This document shows positions 29,223-38,325 of a DNA stretch of 64,000 nt, in pieces. The stretch's first letter is position 1, and each line of letters starts with the position of its first letter. A model generated the notes under the pieces. The model was not told the DNA's origin and made no database searches. It saw only the letters and a list, made by a program, of their open reading frames with translations. The DNA is from an uncultured Sphingobacteriales bacterium (GTDB lineage Bacteria > Bacteroidota > Bacteroidia > CAILMK01 > CAYYUA01): NCBI GenBank assembly GCA_964474835.1, contig CAYYUA010000004.1, positions 33,848 through 97,847 of the forward strand. The letters run 5' to 3'. Made by a program: the position numbers and the translations under genes.

Positions 29223-29939
29223 CTATTGTGTTAGCCCGGTTGCAATCTGCTGCCTTACACGGTTCTGCAGGTCATCCACCGCCTGATGGCCAGCTTCTAA
29301 AACCGGATGCAGCACTACGCTAACAGGCTGCGGACTCCCGACTTTCTGACGAGGGTGCAGCACACGCCAGGTATTGTTGATAGTGACCGGAAGAAGCGGG
29401 GTTTGGGTACTGTGTGCAAGGCGGAAAGCTCCCTGTTTGAAAGGATGGAGTTCAGGCGGCTCCCCCTTAATGCCTCCCTCAGGAAAAATAACGATGTTCC
29501 GGCCGCTTTTCAGTTGTTGAATAGCGGCCTTAAAGCTACTGGAGGCTTTGGCCGCATCCTTCCGGTTAACCGTTACATCCAGCGCCTGAAAAAAGCGCCC
29601 GAAAAGCGGGATCTGCGCCAGTGTCTGCTTCCCCAGAAAAGCGTATTTACCCGAGAAAACGCTGAGGATCACCAGGATATCCAGCTCTGAAAAGTGGTTA
29701 CTGCACAGGATCACCGGGTGCTGCTTAGTGGAGTCGGACCGCTTATCTACCACCTTTATCTGCACACCGTTCAGCCTCAGAAACCATTTGGACAGCCAGC
29801 TACGCGCCTTGTAGGCATAACCATACCAAGCCGGGCGGCTGATCAGTACAGCCAGTACTGGATATGAAACGGTAAACCACAGGGCGAGCGCCAGGTAAAA
29901 GTAATAGAACCAGACAGCTTGGAGGAAACGCTTAATCAT
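29223..29939 (-). CDS. plsC: 1-acyl-sn-glycerol-3-phosphate acyltransferase
   Basis: Contains the NHx4D motif (NHFSELD) and FPEGG motifs. Confidence 0.8.
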   Translation of the reverse strand: MIKRFLQAVWFYYFYLALALWFTVSYPVLAVLISRPAWYGYAYKARSWLSKWFLRLNGVQIKVVDKRSDSTKQHPVILCSNHFSELDILVILSVFSGKYAFLGKQTLAQIPLFGRFFQALDVTVNRKDAAKASSSFKAAIQQLKSGRNIVIFPEGGIKGEPPELHPFKQGAFRLAHSTQTPLLPVTINNTWRVLHPRQKVGSPQPVSVVLHPVLEAGHQAVDDLQNRVRQQIATGLTQ

Positions 29940-30099
29940 ACAGCTAAGATAAAGCAGGAAACAAGGAATCAGCGACTATTTGCCCTTATTCAGCTATCGC
30001 AAGTGGACCCTTTACGCACTCATACATTCAGAATCCGGGGCGAAATCAGAAATTCGCAAAGGGCACTTGCCCTGACAGGGATTTAAATGCTAAGCATCC

Positions 30100-31107
30100 A
30101 TGGCCAATAACACCACTGTGGTAAGCGGTATTCGCTCCACCGGGTTTCTTCACTTAGGCAATTACTTCGGGGCTGTTAAGCAGTTTCTGGATATTCAGGA
30201 ACAGCAGCAGTGCTACTTTTTCATTGCTGATCTCCACTCGCTCACCACCCATCCAAAGCCGGATGATTTTTTTGAGAACACCAAGCAAGTGCTGGCTGAA
30301 TACCTGGCATGCGGGCTGGACCCGGAGAAGGCCGTCATCTACCGGCAAAGTGATATCAATGAGATCACGGAGCTCTACCTTTACTTCAACATGATTGCTT
30401 ACCTGGGTGAGCTGGAACGGGTCCCAACCTTTAAGGAAAAAGCCCGCCAGCAACCGGATAACGTGAATGCCGGATTGCTTACCTACCCTACGCTGATGGC
30501 AGCTGATATCCTGATCCACAAAGGGGAGCGCGTACCGGTAGGCCGGGACCAGGAGCAGAACCTGGAGATGGCCCGCAAGTTTGCCCGCCGCTTCAATGAG
30601 CTGTATGACCAGGCCATTTTTCCTGAACCTCAGCCTTACCAGTTTGAGGAGCAGGAGCTCGTTAAGATTCCAGGCCTTGACGGCTCCGGCAAAATGGGGA
30701 AAAGCGAGGGGGAAGGCAACGCTGTCTTCATCAATGATGAGCCCGAGGTGATCCGTAAGAAGGTGATGCGTGCCGTTACTGACTCGGGCCCTACGGCCGA
30801 GAATCAGCCAAAATCAGCGGAGGTTCAGAACCTTTTCACCCTGGTTTACCACATATCAGGCCAGGAAGCCCACGACTATCATGATGAGCAGTACCGTAAA
30901 GCCACAGTCCGGTACGGGGATATGAAGAAGCAGCTCGCTCAGGATCTGATCACATTCACTGAGCCCCTGCGCGAGCGGATACGGGAACTGATGGCAGAGC
31001 CGGAATACCTGCGCAAGGTTGCAACTGAGGGGGCTGAGCAGGCCCGTGCCAGCGCCCGGCATACCATCGAGGAGGTCCGCCATGCTGTGGGGCACCAATC
31101 ATTCTGA
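30100..31107 (+). CDS. trpS: Tryptophan--tRNA ligase
   Basis: Class I motifs: HIGH-like HLGNYFGA and KMGKS. Confidence 0.95.
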   Translation: MANNTTVVSGIRSTGFLHLGNYFGAVKQFLDIQEQQQCYFFIADLHSLTTHPKPDDFFENTKQVLAEYLACGLDPEKAVIYRQSDINEITELYLYFNMIAYLGELERVPTFKEKARQQPDNVNAGLLTYPTLMAADILIHKGERVPVGRDQEQNLEMARKFARRFNELYDQAIFPEPQPYQFEEQELVKIPGLDGSGKMGKSEGEGNAVFINDEPEVIRKKVMRAVTDSGPTAENQPKSAEVQNLFTLVYHISGQEAHDYHDEQYRKATVRYGDMKKQLAQDLITFTEPLRERIRELMAEPEYLRKVATEGAEQARASARHTIEEVRHAVGHQSF

Positions 31108-31158
31108 ACCCGTAAACTCAGCCCCGTTCCCTGAAGTGCTGACCCTATAACACCCTTT

Positions 31159-31806
31159 ATGAGTCATGACCTCTCTGCTAAGCCAGACTTTCACCACATT
31201 GCCATTGCTGGTAACATTGGTTCCGGCAAAACCACGCTTGCTCAGCTTCTGGCGCGGCATTACGGCTGGGAGCCTCATTTTGAGGAAGTGGAGCGGAACC
31301 CCTACATCAGCGACTTTTACTCCAACATGGAGCGCTGGTCCTTTCATATGCAGATCTACTACCTGAACCGGCGCTTCCAGCAGATCGTCCAGATCCGGCA
31401 GGGAGGGCAGAGTGTAGTTCAGGACCGGACGATCTATGAGGATGCCCATATTTTTGCGCCTAACCTGCATGCGATGGGGCTTATGAGCTCCCGGGATTTT
31501 CACAATTACCTGAACCTGTTTGCCACCCTCGAGCAGTTTATCCAGCCGCCTGACCTGCTGATTTACCTGCGCGCCAGCGTTCCTACGCTGGTGAGCCAGA
31601 TCCAGAAGCGCGGACGGGAATTTGAGGATGCTATACGCCTGGATTACCTTAAGCGTCTGAACGAGCGGTACGAGGAGTGGATCGATGGCTATCAGGGCAA
31701 TCGTTTGTTAGTTATTGATGTGGATAGCCATGATTTTGCCACAAGCCGGGAAAACCTGGGCGCTATCATTAACCGGATCGAGGCTGAGCGGGCTGGCTTG
31801 GTGTAA
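31159..31806 (+). CDS. Deoxynucleoside kinase (dAK/dGK/dCK family)
   Basis: P-loop GNIGSGKTT and dNK family blocks (ERW/YxxNRR). Confidence 0.85.
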   Translation: MSHDLSAKPDFHHIAIAGNIGSGKTTLAQLLARHYGWEPHFEEVERNPYISDFYSNMERWSFHMQIYYLNRRFQQIVQIRQGGQSVVQDRTIYEDAHIFAPNLHAMGLMSSRDFHNYLNLFATLEQFIQPPDLLIYLRASVPTLVSQIQKRGREFEDAIRLDYLKRLNERYEEWIDGYQGNRLLVIDVDSHDFATSRENLGAIINRIEAERAGLV

Positions 31807-31811
31807 TCTGT

Positions 31812-32705
31812 TTGCTTATGGCTCTGACTGAATCCCTGCAAGCCAGTATAGCAGAAAGCCTTCGCCCCCTGTTCGGGAATGACGTGCGGATGCTGGAATA
31901 CCAGCCTGTAAGTGGCGGGTGTATCAACAATGGAGGGTACCTGCGCACCAACCGGGGCGTGTTTTTCCTCAAGTACAACCACAGCCGCTATGAAGGGATG
32001 TTTGAGACTGAGGCCCGTGGGCTTAGACTGCTGGCTGAACCGGATGCCCTGCACATACCGGCTGTGTACACCACTGGTGCTAGTGAAGACCAGCAGCGTT
32101 TTATCATTATGGAGTGGATCGGTACCGGCAGGCCTGTTTCTGACTTCTGGGAGGTGCTCGGGCACGGGTTGGCCAGGCTTCACAGCCGGTCTAACCCTTC
32201 ATTCGGGCTGGATTATGACAACTACATAGGCTCGCTCCCGCAATACAATGCAATGCACGAAAGCTGGCCGGAATTTTTTCAGCAGCAGCGGCTGGAACCC
32301 CAGCTTCAGCTGGCGCTTAGCCAGAACCAGCTTTCGCCGGAACTTGCCAAGCAGCTGAGGGCACTCTATCCCAGAATGGCTGAGTGGTTTCCGGAAGAAC
32401 CGCCATCGCTCCTGCACGGGGACTTGTGGGGTGGCAATCTGATCGTGGATGAAGCCGGGCAGCCAGCGCTGATCGATCCGGCCGTTTACTTCGGGCACCG
32501 GGAAATAGAATTAGCTTTTACAGGCCTCTTTGGAGGTTTTAATCAGAGATTCTATGCAGCTTACCGCGAAGCGTGGCCTCTTGCCGCGGACTTCAGCAGC
32601 CGGATTGACCTGTATAACCTTTATCCGCTTTTGGTGCACGTCAACCTGTTTGGCGGATCCTACCGCGGGGAGGTAGCAAGCATTGTAGAGCGGTATAGCT
32701 CATAA
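31812..32705 (+). CDS. Fructosamine/ketosamine-3-kinase family protein
   Basis: Protein-kinase-like fold with HGDLWGGNLIVDEAGQPALIDPA and Brenner motifs. Confidence 0.8.
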   Translation: MLMALTESLQASIAESLRPLFGNDVRMLEYQPVSGGCINNGGYLRTNRGVFFLKYNHSRYEGMFETEARGLRLLAEPDALHIPAVYTTGASEDQQRFIIMEWIGTGRPVSDFWEVLGHGLARLHSRSNPSFGLDYDNYIGSLPQYNAMHESWPEFFQQQRLEPQLQLALSQNQLSPELAKQLRALYPRMAEWFPEEPPSLLHGDLWGGNLIVDEAGQPALIDPAVYFGHREIELAFTGLFGGFNQRFYAAYREAWPLAADFSSRIDLYNLYPLLVHVNLFGGSYRGEVASIVERYSS

Positions 32706-32775
32706 TTGCTTGAGCTGGCCGCATTCGTTAATTTTCAAGAAAATAAGGGAGTGCCTGAAGGCGTTTTTAAAGCCT

Positions 32776-33597
32776 ATGCGAATACTGCTCGGTAGCTTGG
32801 TCCTGTTTATTCTGATAGTTGGCACCCCCGCTTTTACCATAGCTCAGGAAGGGCATCACATTTCAATTATGGGAGGTGGGCAATTAACCCGGATTAATAA
32901 CCGGAGCGATTATGATGGCCGCTCCCGGGTTGATGAGGATGTTGGTGAGGAAGAGATTTCTCCGGAAAGCACCTATAATCCAGCCTTGCGGCTGCGGTAC
33001 ACCTATAATTTTGAGCCGAATTACGGTTTCCAGACCGGAATCATCTACTCGGTAGCCGGACAAAGCTACGCTGGCCTGATAGCCGATACCGCTGGGCAAT
33101 CCGAAGCGTATCAATCACAGGTCACGCTTAATTACCTCAGGATACCTGCTAAGTTCAGGTTTAATTCCTCGATCAACAGTGATGTTAAGCGGGTTTACCT
33201 CAGCATAGGCGTTGGGTTTAGCGTGGATATTCTTACGAACGTTACCATGAGTAACAATAACTCCGCTATTGGCAGAAGTGAGACCATCGTTGATGGGGAG
33301 CCCGTTGATTACTATGATCTTTACCAGAATGTGACGGCCAGCTTTGTAACCGATGCGCTGCTTAATTTCAAGCTTTCGGACCAAGTATGGCTTAGTACCG
33401 GATTTAACCTTACCTACGGGTTAAGCGATATTGAAAACAAGCAATACGATTTTCCGGATAACACCCCTAAAGAACTGTTTTTCCCGGCTAGTACTAAAAA
33501 GGTTAACAGGCCTGATCTGGAAAGCCGCGATCGGGCGCGGAACTTTACGATAGGATTGGAGCTAGGGCTTAAGTACTACCTGCCGCGTTCTGATTAG
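32776..33597 (+). CDS. Outer-membrane beta-barrel protein (porin-like)
   Basis: Signal peptide MRILLGSLVLFILIVGTPAFTIAQE, alternating amphipathic beta-strands, and a C-terminal aromatic residue. The ORF opens at 32710. Confidence 0.45.
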   Translation: MRILLGSLVLFILIVGTPAFTIAQEGHHISIMGGGQLTRINNRSDYDGRSRVDEDVGEEEISPESTYNPALRLRYTYNFEPNYGFQTGIIYSVAGQSYAGLIADTAGQSEAYQSQVTLNYLRIPAKFRFNSSINSDVKRVYLSIGVGFSVDILTNVTMSNNNSAIGRSETIVDGEPVDYYDLYQNVTASFVTDALLNFKLSDQVWLSTGFNLTYGLSDIENKQYDFPDNTPKELFFPASTKKVNRPDLESRDRARNFTIGLELGLKYYLPRSD

Positions 33598-34529
33598 GAG
33601 GAGGCTGAAACTGAAGAACTCGTGTAAGCACTTACGAACTGATACAGGTTGAAATCCGGTTTCTGAAGCTCAGGCTTTAGCGCAGTAACAAGCTGCTGCT
33701 TGTCAATGTCCTTCATTCGCTCGTTCTGGATAAGCCGGTAAGCTTTTTCAGCTAACAGTGTTGGCTTTTTGTCATGATAGGCCAGATGCTCCCAATGAGC
33801 TTGCAGGGCTTGTTCGAGTGCTTCAATACCAGAGGGTTCAGTGGCTACAACCGGTACAACAGCAGCCTCATATTGGTCACTGGTATTGCGGCTATGCGTC
33901 ATCTGCTGCAGGTAATTCACAAATTTCTGAGCGTTCGGGCGATCAGCTTTGTTGACCACGAACAGATCTCCAACCTCCATCAGCCCTGATTTGATCACCT
34001 GCACTTCATCACCGCCCTCCGGCACTGTTACCACTGCAGTGGTATCTGCTAAGCTTGCAATTTCCACTTCTGACTGACCAACCCCGACTGTTTCAACCAC
34101 TACATAGTCAAAACCTGCGGCTTTCATCAGGTCTACGGTTTCAATAGCTTTGGCTGATATGCCGCCAAGGGCCCCCCGGGTTGCCAGCGAGCGTATAAAG
34201 ACATTTGGGTTGTTGTAGTGATCGTTCATGCGGACGCGATCCCCGAGGATTGATCCCTGATTGAAAGGCGAGGTCGGATCCACAGCCACAATTCCAACTT
34301 GTTTACCCGCGCTCGTCCAGTGGTGAACGAGCGCATTGATCAGGGAACTTTTTCCGGCTCCAGGGGGACCTGTTACGCCTATGGTCGGGACTGAAGCAGG
34401 TATAACAATCTGGGACAGGAGCTCCTCAAATCCCGTCTTGTTATTTTCAATGCCGCTAATGCATCTGGCCAGGGCTCTGCGGTCACCGCTGGTAAGTCGC
34501 CGGGCCAGGTCAGCTGGACGCGTTTCCAT
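33594..34529 (-). CDS. meaB: Methylmalonyl-CoA-mutase-associated G-protein chaperone MeaB/ArgK
   Basis: P-loop GVTGPPGAGKSS and the NKAD G4 motif. Confidence 0.85.
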   Translation of the reverse strand: METRPADLARRLTSGDRRALARCISGIENNKTGFEELLSQIVIPASVPTIGVTGPPGAGKSSLINALVHHWTSAGKQVGIVAVDPTSPFNQGSILGDRVRMNDHYNNPNVFIRSLATRGALGGISAKAIETVDLMKAAGFDYVVVETVGVGQSEVEIASLADTTAVVTVPEGGDEVQVIKSGLMEVGDLFVVNKADRPNAQKFVNYLQQMTHSRNTSDQYEAAVVPVVATEPSGIEALEQALQAHWEHLAYHDKKPTLLAEKAYRLIQNERMKDIDKQQLVTALKPELQKPDFNLYQFVSAYTSSSVSASS

Positions 34530-34531
34530 GA

Positions 34532-34765
34532 CTATTTAACTTGTACCACATAGGAGCGCACGTCATCAATTACCTGCTGTGGAACCTGCTTTGGGAAAAG
34601 GGCTTTTTGAAGGTATTCCTTAAAGCAGCGCTCTGCTTCGTAAAGGTCTTTGCAATTGCAGTTAGTACAGCTGTAGATGTGATCCAGAATTCGCTGCTTT
34701 TCCTGTTCGGGAAGCTCCCCATCCATCAGGAGCTCGAGCTTCTCATAAACTTCATTGCAATTCAT
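34532..34765 (-). CDS. Zinc-finger (ZAS-type) anti-sigma factor, 77 aa, cytoplasmic
   Basis: H-x3-C-x2-C motif (HIYSCTNC); located directly downstream of the ECF sigma gene. Confidence 0.55.
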   Translation of the reverse strand: MNCNEVYEKLELLMDGELPEQEKQRILDHIYSCTNCNCKDLYEAERCFKEYLQKALFPKQVPQQVIDDVRSYVVQVK

Positions 34766-34777
34766 AATAGCCTTGCT

Positions 34778-35425
34778 TTAACCTTTGTATCCCTTTCTGG
34801 AAGCGTAATGCTTTAATTGATCTTTTAACATATTTCTGGCCCGGTGCAGCCTGGATCTGACTGTTCCGATCGGTACGTCTATGATCTTAGCAATTTCTTC
34901 ATACTTGAACCCTTCAATATCGCACAGCAGGATGATTAACCGGTAATCCACCGGAAGTTCGTTCAGAGCGTGCGAAACCTCATCTCCGATAAGGCTGTCA
35001 AACACTTCTTGGCGTAGATCAGTGAAGCTGTTATCCTCGCTATCATCCCCGGTGTAAAAATCTTCAAAGCTCAGGTGAACCGGCTTTTTGGATTTTTTCC
35101 GGTAATCGTTGATGAAAGTGTTCTTCAGGATCCTTAACAACCATGCCTTGGCATTAGTGCCTTTCTGGTAATAATTGATGTACTTGTAGGCACGCAGGTA
35201 TGTTTCCTGAAGGAGATCCTTGGCTTCATCCTCATCATTGGTCAGGTAGAACCCGAAATTGTACAGGGAATCAATATGAGGCAGGAATTCAAGATCGAAA
35301 GTTTCCTGCTTCTCCTGTGGCGATAAGTCCTGTCTCTTCTTTTCTTGAGTTTCCTCTTGTTGCACAGGATTTTCAACCTCTTGCTGAGCTTGATCCTGTG
35401 GATTTTCTTTATTGTTTTCCGCCAT
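34778..35425 (-). CDS. RNA polymerase sigma-70 factor, ECF subfamily, with a ~45-aa acidic/Gln-rich N-terminal extension
   Basis: Region 2 (LLQETYLRAYKYINYY) and region 4 helix-turn-helix (YEEIAKIIDVPIGTVRSRLHRAR). Confidence 0.85.
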   Translation of the reverse strand: MAENNKENPQDQAQQEVENPVQQEETQEKKRQDLSPQEKQETFDLEFLPHIDSLYNFGFYLTNDEDEAKDLLQETYLRAYKYINYYQKGTNAKAWLLRILKNTFINDYRKKSKKPVHLSFEDFYTGDDSEDNSFTDLRQEVFDSLIGDEVSHALNELPVDYRLIILLCDIEGFKYEEIAKIIDVPIGTVRSRLHRARNMLKDQLKHYASRKGYKG

Positions 35426-35979
35426 AGTATAAGGGCTTATTTGGGAATTATCAAAAGGAACTTTTTCCGCAATAGCTTACTTAAAAAGGGCAACTTTCAC
35501 GCCATCCTGGGCGCTTTGAGGTGCCTACTAGCTTACGCACGAAGGCAATCATTACTGGTTTTCCGTTAGAAATGGAACTTGTTGAAATAGCTTTTTAGCG
35601 CTATGGCTATCCCTGTCAAGCACGCATCTGGTTGTTAGCTCAGCACTTTTGATGGGAGAGGTGCTGTTATCTGGCACCCAGGCATTATATGAAACCTGTA
35701 GCAAAGGTAGCTGAGCCAGAACCAGTAAGCGCAGCCTGCATTTGTATCTTGTTTTATACGCAAAACTGCTATATTGTCAGTAAGCTATTATTCAGCATAT
35801 CTGCCTGCAGGTTTGCTAAGTTTACTCAGCATTCACTGCCTGGCCTTTTAGCCAATCCTTAGTAACATTTATCAGCTATCTTGTTAAAAAACTGTAAACC
35901 ACCGAGTTGCCGCGCTTTATTTCCTAATCCGGACCTTTATTTTTTTGCTACATTTGTGTAAATCAAACATTATAACATA

Positions 35980-37380
35980 ATGGATGAGTTTGAAAACAGT
36001 TATGAGGGCGAGACACGGGACTTGGTTCAGCGGTACGAGGAGCTGATCAAAAACAACGCAAGCTTCTTTCTGGAGGTCGAAGAGTTTGAAAACATCATAG
36101 AGTACTACCTTAGCCGGAACCACATAGATAAGGCCCTGGAAGTAACAGATACTGCACTTGACCAACATCCGTTTGTCGTCAATTTTATGACGCGGAAGGC
36201 CGAACTTTTACTGTTTGACCAGGCATTTGAAGAGGCGCTCGAACTGTTAGAAAAGGCTCAAACGCTGGAGCCCTCTAACCACGACATCTACCTTCTTATT
36301 GCAAGCGTTTATGAAGACATGGAGGACTTCAGTGCCGCCATTGAATCCTACGATACAGCGCTCAACCTTCAGAGTGGCAATACTGACGAGATCTATCTCC
36401 TGAAAGCTTTTACCTATGAAGGATGGGACCGGTTTGACGATGCCATTGATTGCCTGAAATTAGCCCTTCAAAACAATCCTAATAACAAGCAGGCGCTGTA
36501 CGAGCTGGCTTACTGTTACGATCAGCAGAACGAGCCGGAGAAAAGCATAGAGTTTTACCAGCAATTTATTGATGAGGATCCTTTTGCTTACCAGGCGTGG
36601 TACAACTTAGGGCTCCTTTACACCAAGATCAACATGCTGGAGAAAGCTACCGAGGCTTTTGACTATGCGATAGTTATAAAGGAGGACTATGCCCCCGGCC
36701 ATCAGCAGCTGGGTAAAACTTATTTAGTGCTGGGTAATTACGAAAAGGCCATTGAGCACTTAACTTTTTACATTCAGCATACAAGACCCAATGTAGCTAC
36801 TTACTGCCAGATCGCAGACTGCTACCAAAACCTGGAAAAGCAAGAGCTGGCCCGGGATTACTACCGCAAAGCGCTTGACGTTAACAATGATTACGCAGAA
36901 GCTTGGTACGGCATGGGGATCACTTACCAAAAGGAAATGCGATACCAGCAGGCTATTCCTTTTCTGGAAAAAGCCGTGGGATTAAAAGAAGAAGAAGATT
37001 ACTGGTTTGCCCTGGCTGATAGTTATAATTTTTTAAGCCGGGAAGAGCAGGCCAAGGGCGCTTATCGCAAAGCTATTGAGATTGACCCTACCTTAATTGA
37101 AGCGTGGACTGAGTTTGCCCTGATGCTTTATGAGATCGGGCAAGGTGAGGCCAGCGCTGACCTGGTAAAAGAGGGGTTAAGGGAAAACCCGGATTCTGAC
37201 GAGCTGTACCTCCTTTTAAGTGGGATGCTTGTGGAAAAAGGAGCTAAAACTGAAGCCTCTTTTTACCTGGAAAACGGTCTGCGCCTCAATCCGGAAGGTC
37301 CTGAGCTGTTATTTGAATACTTTCCGCACCTTGAGCAGGACAGTTGGCTCCTGAATTTTATCCAAAACAATCAGTCATAG
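35980..37380 (+). CDS. Tetratricopeptide-repeat protein
   Basis: At least eight TPR units (the AxxYxxAL…P.… pattern), with no signal peptide. Confidence 0.75.
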   Translation: MDEFENSYEGETRDLVQRYEELIKNNASFFLEVEEFENIIEYYLSRNHIDKALEVTDTALDQHPFVVNFMTRKAELLLFDQAFEEALELLEKAQTLEPSNHDIYLLIASVYEDMEDFSAAIESYDTALNLQSGNTDEIYLLKAFTYEGWDRFDDAIDCLKLALQNNPNNKQALYELAYCYDQQNEPEKSIEFYQQFIDEDPFAYQAWYNLGLLYTKINMLEKATEAFDYAIVIKEDYAPGHQQLGKTYLVLGNYEKAIEHLTFYIQHTRPNVATYCQIADCYQNLEKQELARDYYRKALDVNNDYAEAWYGMGITYQKEMRYQQAIPFLEKAVGLKEEEDYWFALADSYNFLSREEQAKGAYRKAIEIDPTLIEAWTEFALMLYEIGQGEASADLVKEGLRENPDSDELYLLLSGMLVEKGAKTEASFYLENGLRLNPEGPELLFEYFPHLEQDSWLLNFIQNNQS

Positions 37381-37383
37381 GCT

Positions 37384-38181
37384 ATGTCAGTCAATTTTGA
37401 TCTGAGAGATATACCAGAGCGTACCCAGAAGAACCGCGATCATGGCTTAACCATGGTAATGGATAAGGGGTTGAGCTGTAAAATGGTGGAAGACCTCCTC
37501 GATACTGCAGGAGAGTACATCGATATTGTGAAGCTTGGCTTCGGTAGTGCTTTTGTAACTCCTAATCTGGAAGAGAAACTACAGGTTTACCGCAGCTTTG
37601 ATGTGCCAACCTACTTTGGGGGTACCCTCTTTGAAGCCTTTGTTATCCGCAATCAGTATGAGGACTACAAGCGCCTGATGGAGCAATACCACATCAAGCA
37701 CGTAGAAGTGTCTGATGGATCACTGCTAATACCCCATGATAAGAAGTGCGAATTCATAGAGGATCTGGCCCGCGACTTTACGGTTCTTTCGGAAGTGGGT
37801 TCAAAAGATGCTGAAACCATTATCCCTCCCTACAAGTGGATTGAGCTAATGCGGAAAGAGTACGATGCTGGTAGTGATAAAGTGATAGCTGAGGCTCGTG
37901 AGAGCGGAACAGTTGGAATTTTCCGGGAAACAGGTGAAGTGCGGTCCGGGCTGGTGGATGAAATCCTAACCCAGATCGATGGACGCAAAATTATCTGGGA
38001 GGCGCCTCAGAAGTCCCAGCAAGTCTGGTTCATCAAGCTTCTGGGCCAGAATGTAAACCTTGGCAACATCGCACCACAGGAAGTCATACCCCTTGAGACC
38101 ATGCGGGTCGGTATGCGGGCTGATACCTTCGCCGATTTCCTTTACAAGAACCATTCTAACTTCGAGCTGCGACAGGTTTAA
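37384..38181 (+). CDS. comA: (2R)-phospho-3-sulfolactate synthase (ComA family)
   Basis: 265 aa with the family blocks KNRDHGLTMVMDKG, DIVKLGFGSAFV, and HVEVSDGS. Confidence 0.8.
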   Translation: MSVNFDLRDIPERTQKNRDHGLTMVMDKGLSCKMVEDLLDTAGEYIDIVKLGFGSAFVTPNLEEKLQVYRSFDVPTYFGGTLFEAFVIRNQYEDYKRLMEQYHIKHVEVSDGSLLIPHDKKCEFIEDLARDFTVLSEVGSKDAETIIPPYKWIELMRKEYDAGSDKVIAEARESGTVGIFRETGEVRSGLVDEILTQIDGRKIIWEAPQKSQQVWFIKLLGQNVNLGNIAPQEVIPLETMRVGMRADTFADFLYKNHSNFELRQV

Positions 38182-38325
38182 ACTCCTGATTCCCGGTGTG
38201 GCCTTGATGTAGATCATTCGTTGCATTAGCATTCCCTACCTGAGCATTCTGGATTCCGTTTAGTTTTCAATAGTTTGGGCTTTCTTCTGATTGGTGCCAA
38301 CTCCTATTGAAATTAGCTTTTATCC

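Noticed and set aside
35650-35740. SRP (4.5S) RNA-like fragment GGUGCUGUU…CCAGG
   Set aside because: Only the first 9 nt resemble the conserved helix-8 strand. There is no GGAA/GNRA tetraloop with flanking AGCAG symmetric-loop partner, and no long closing helix can be formed.
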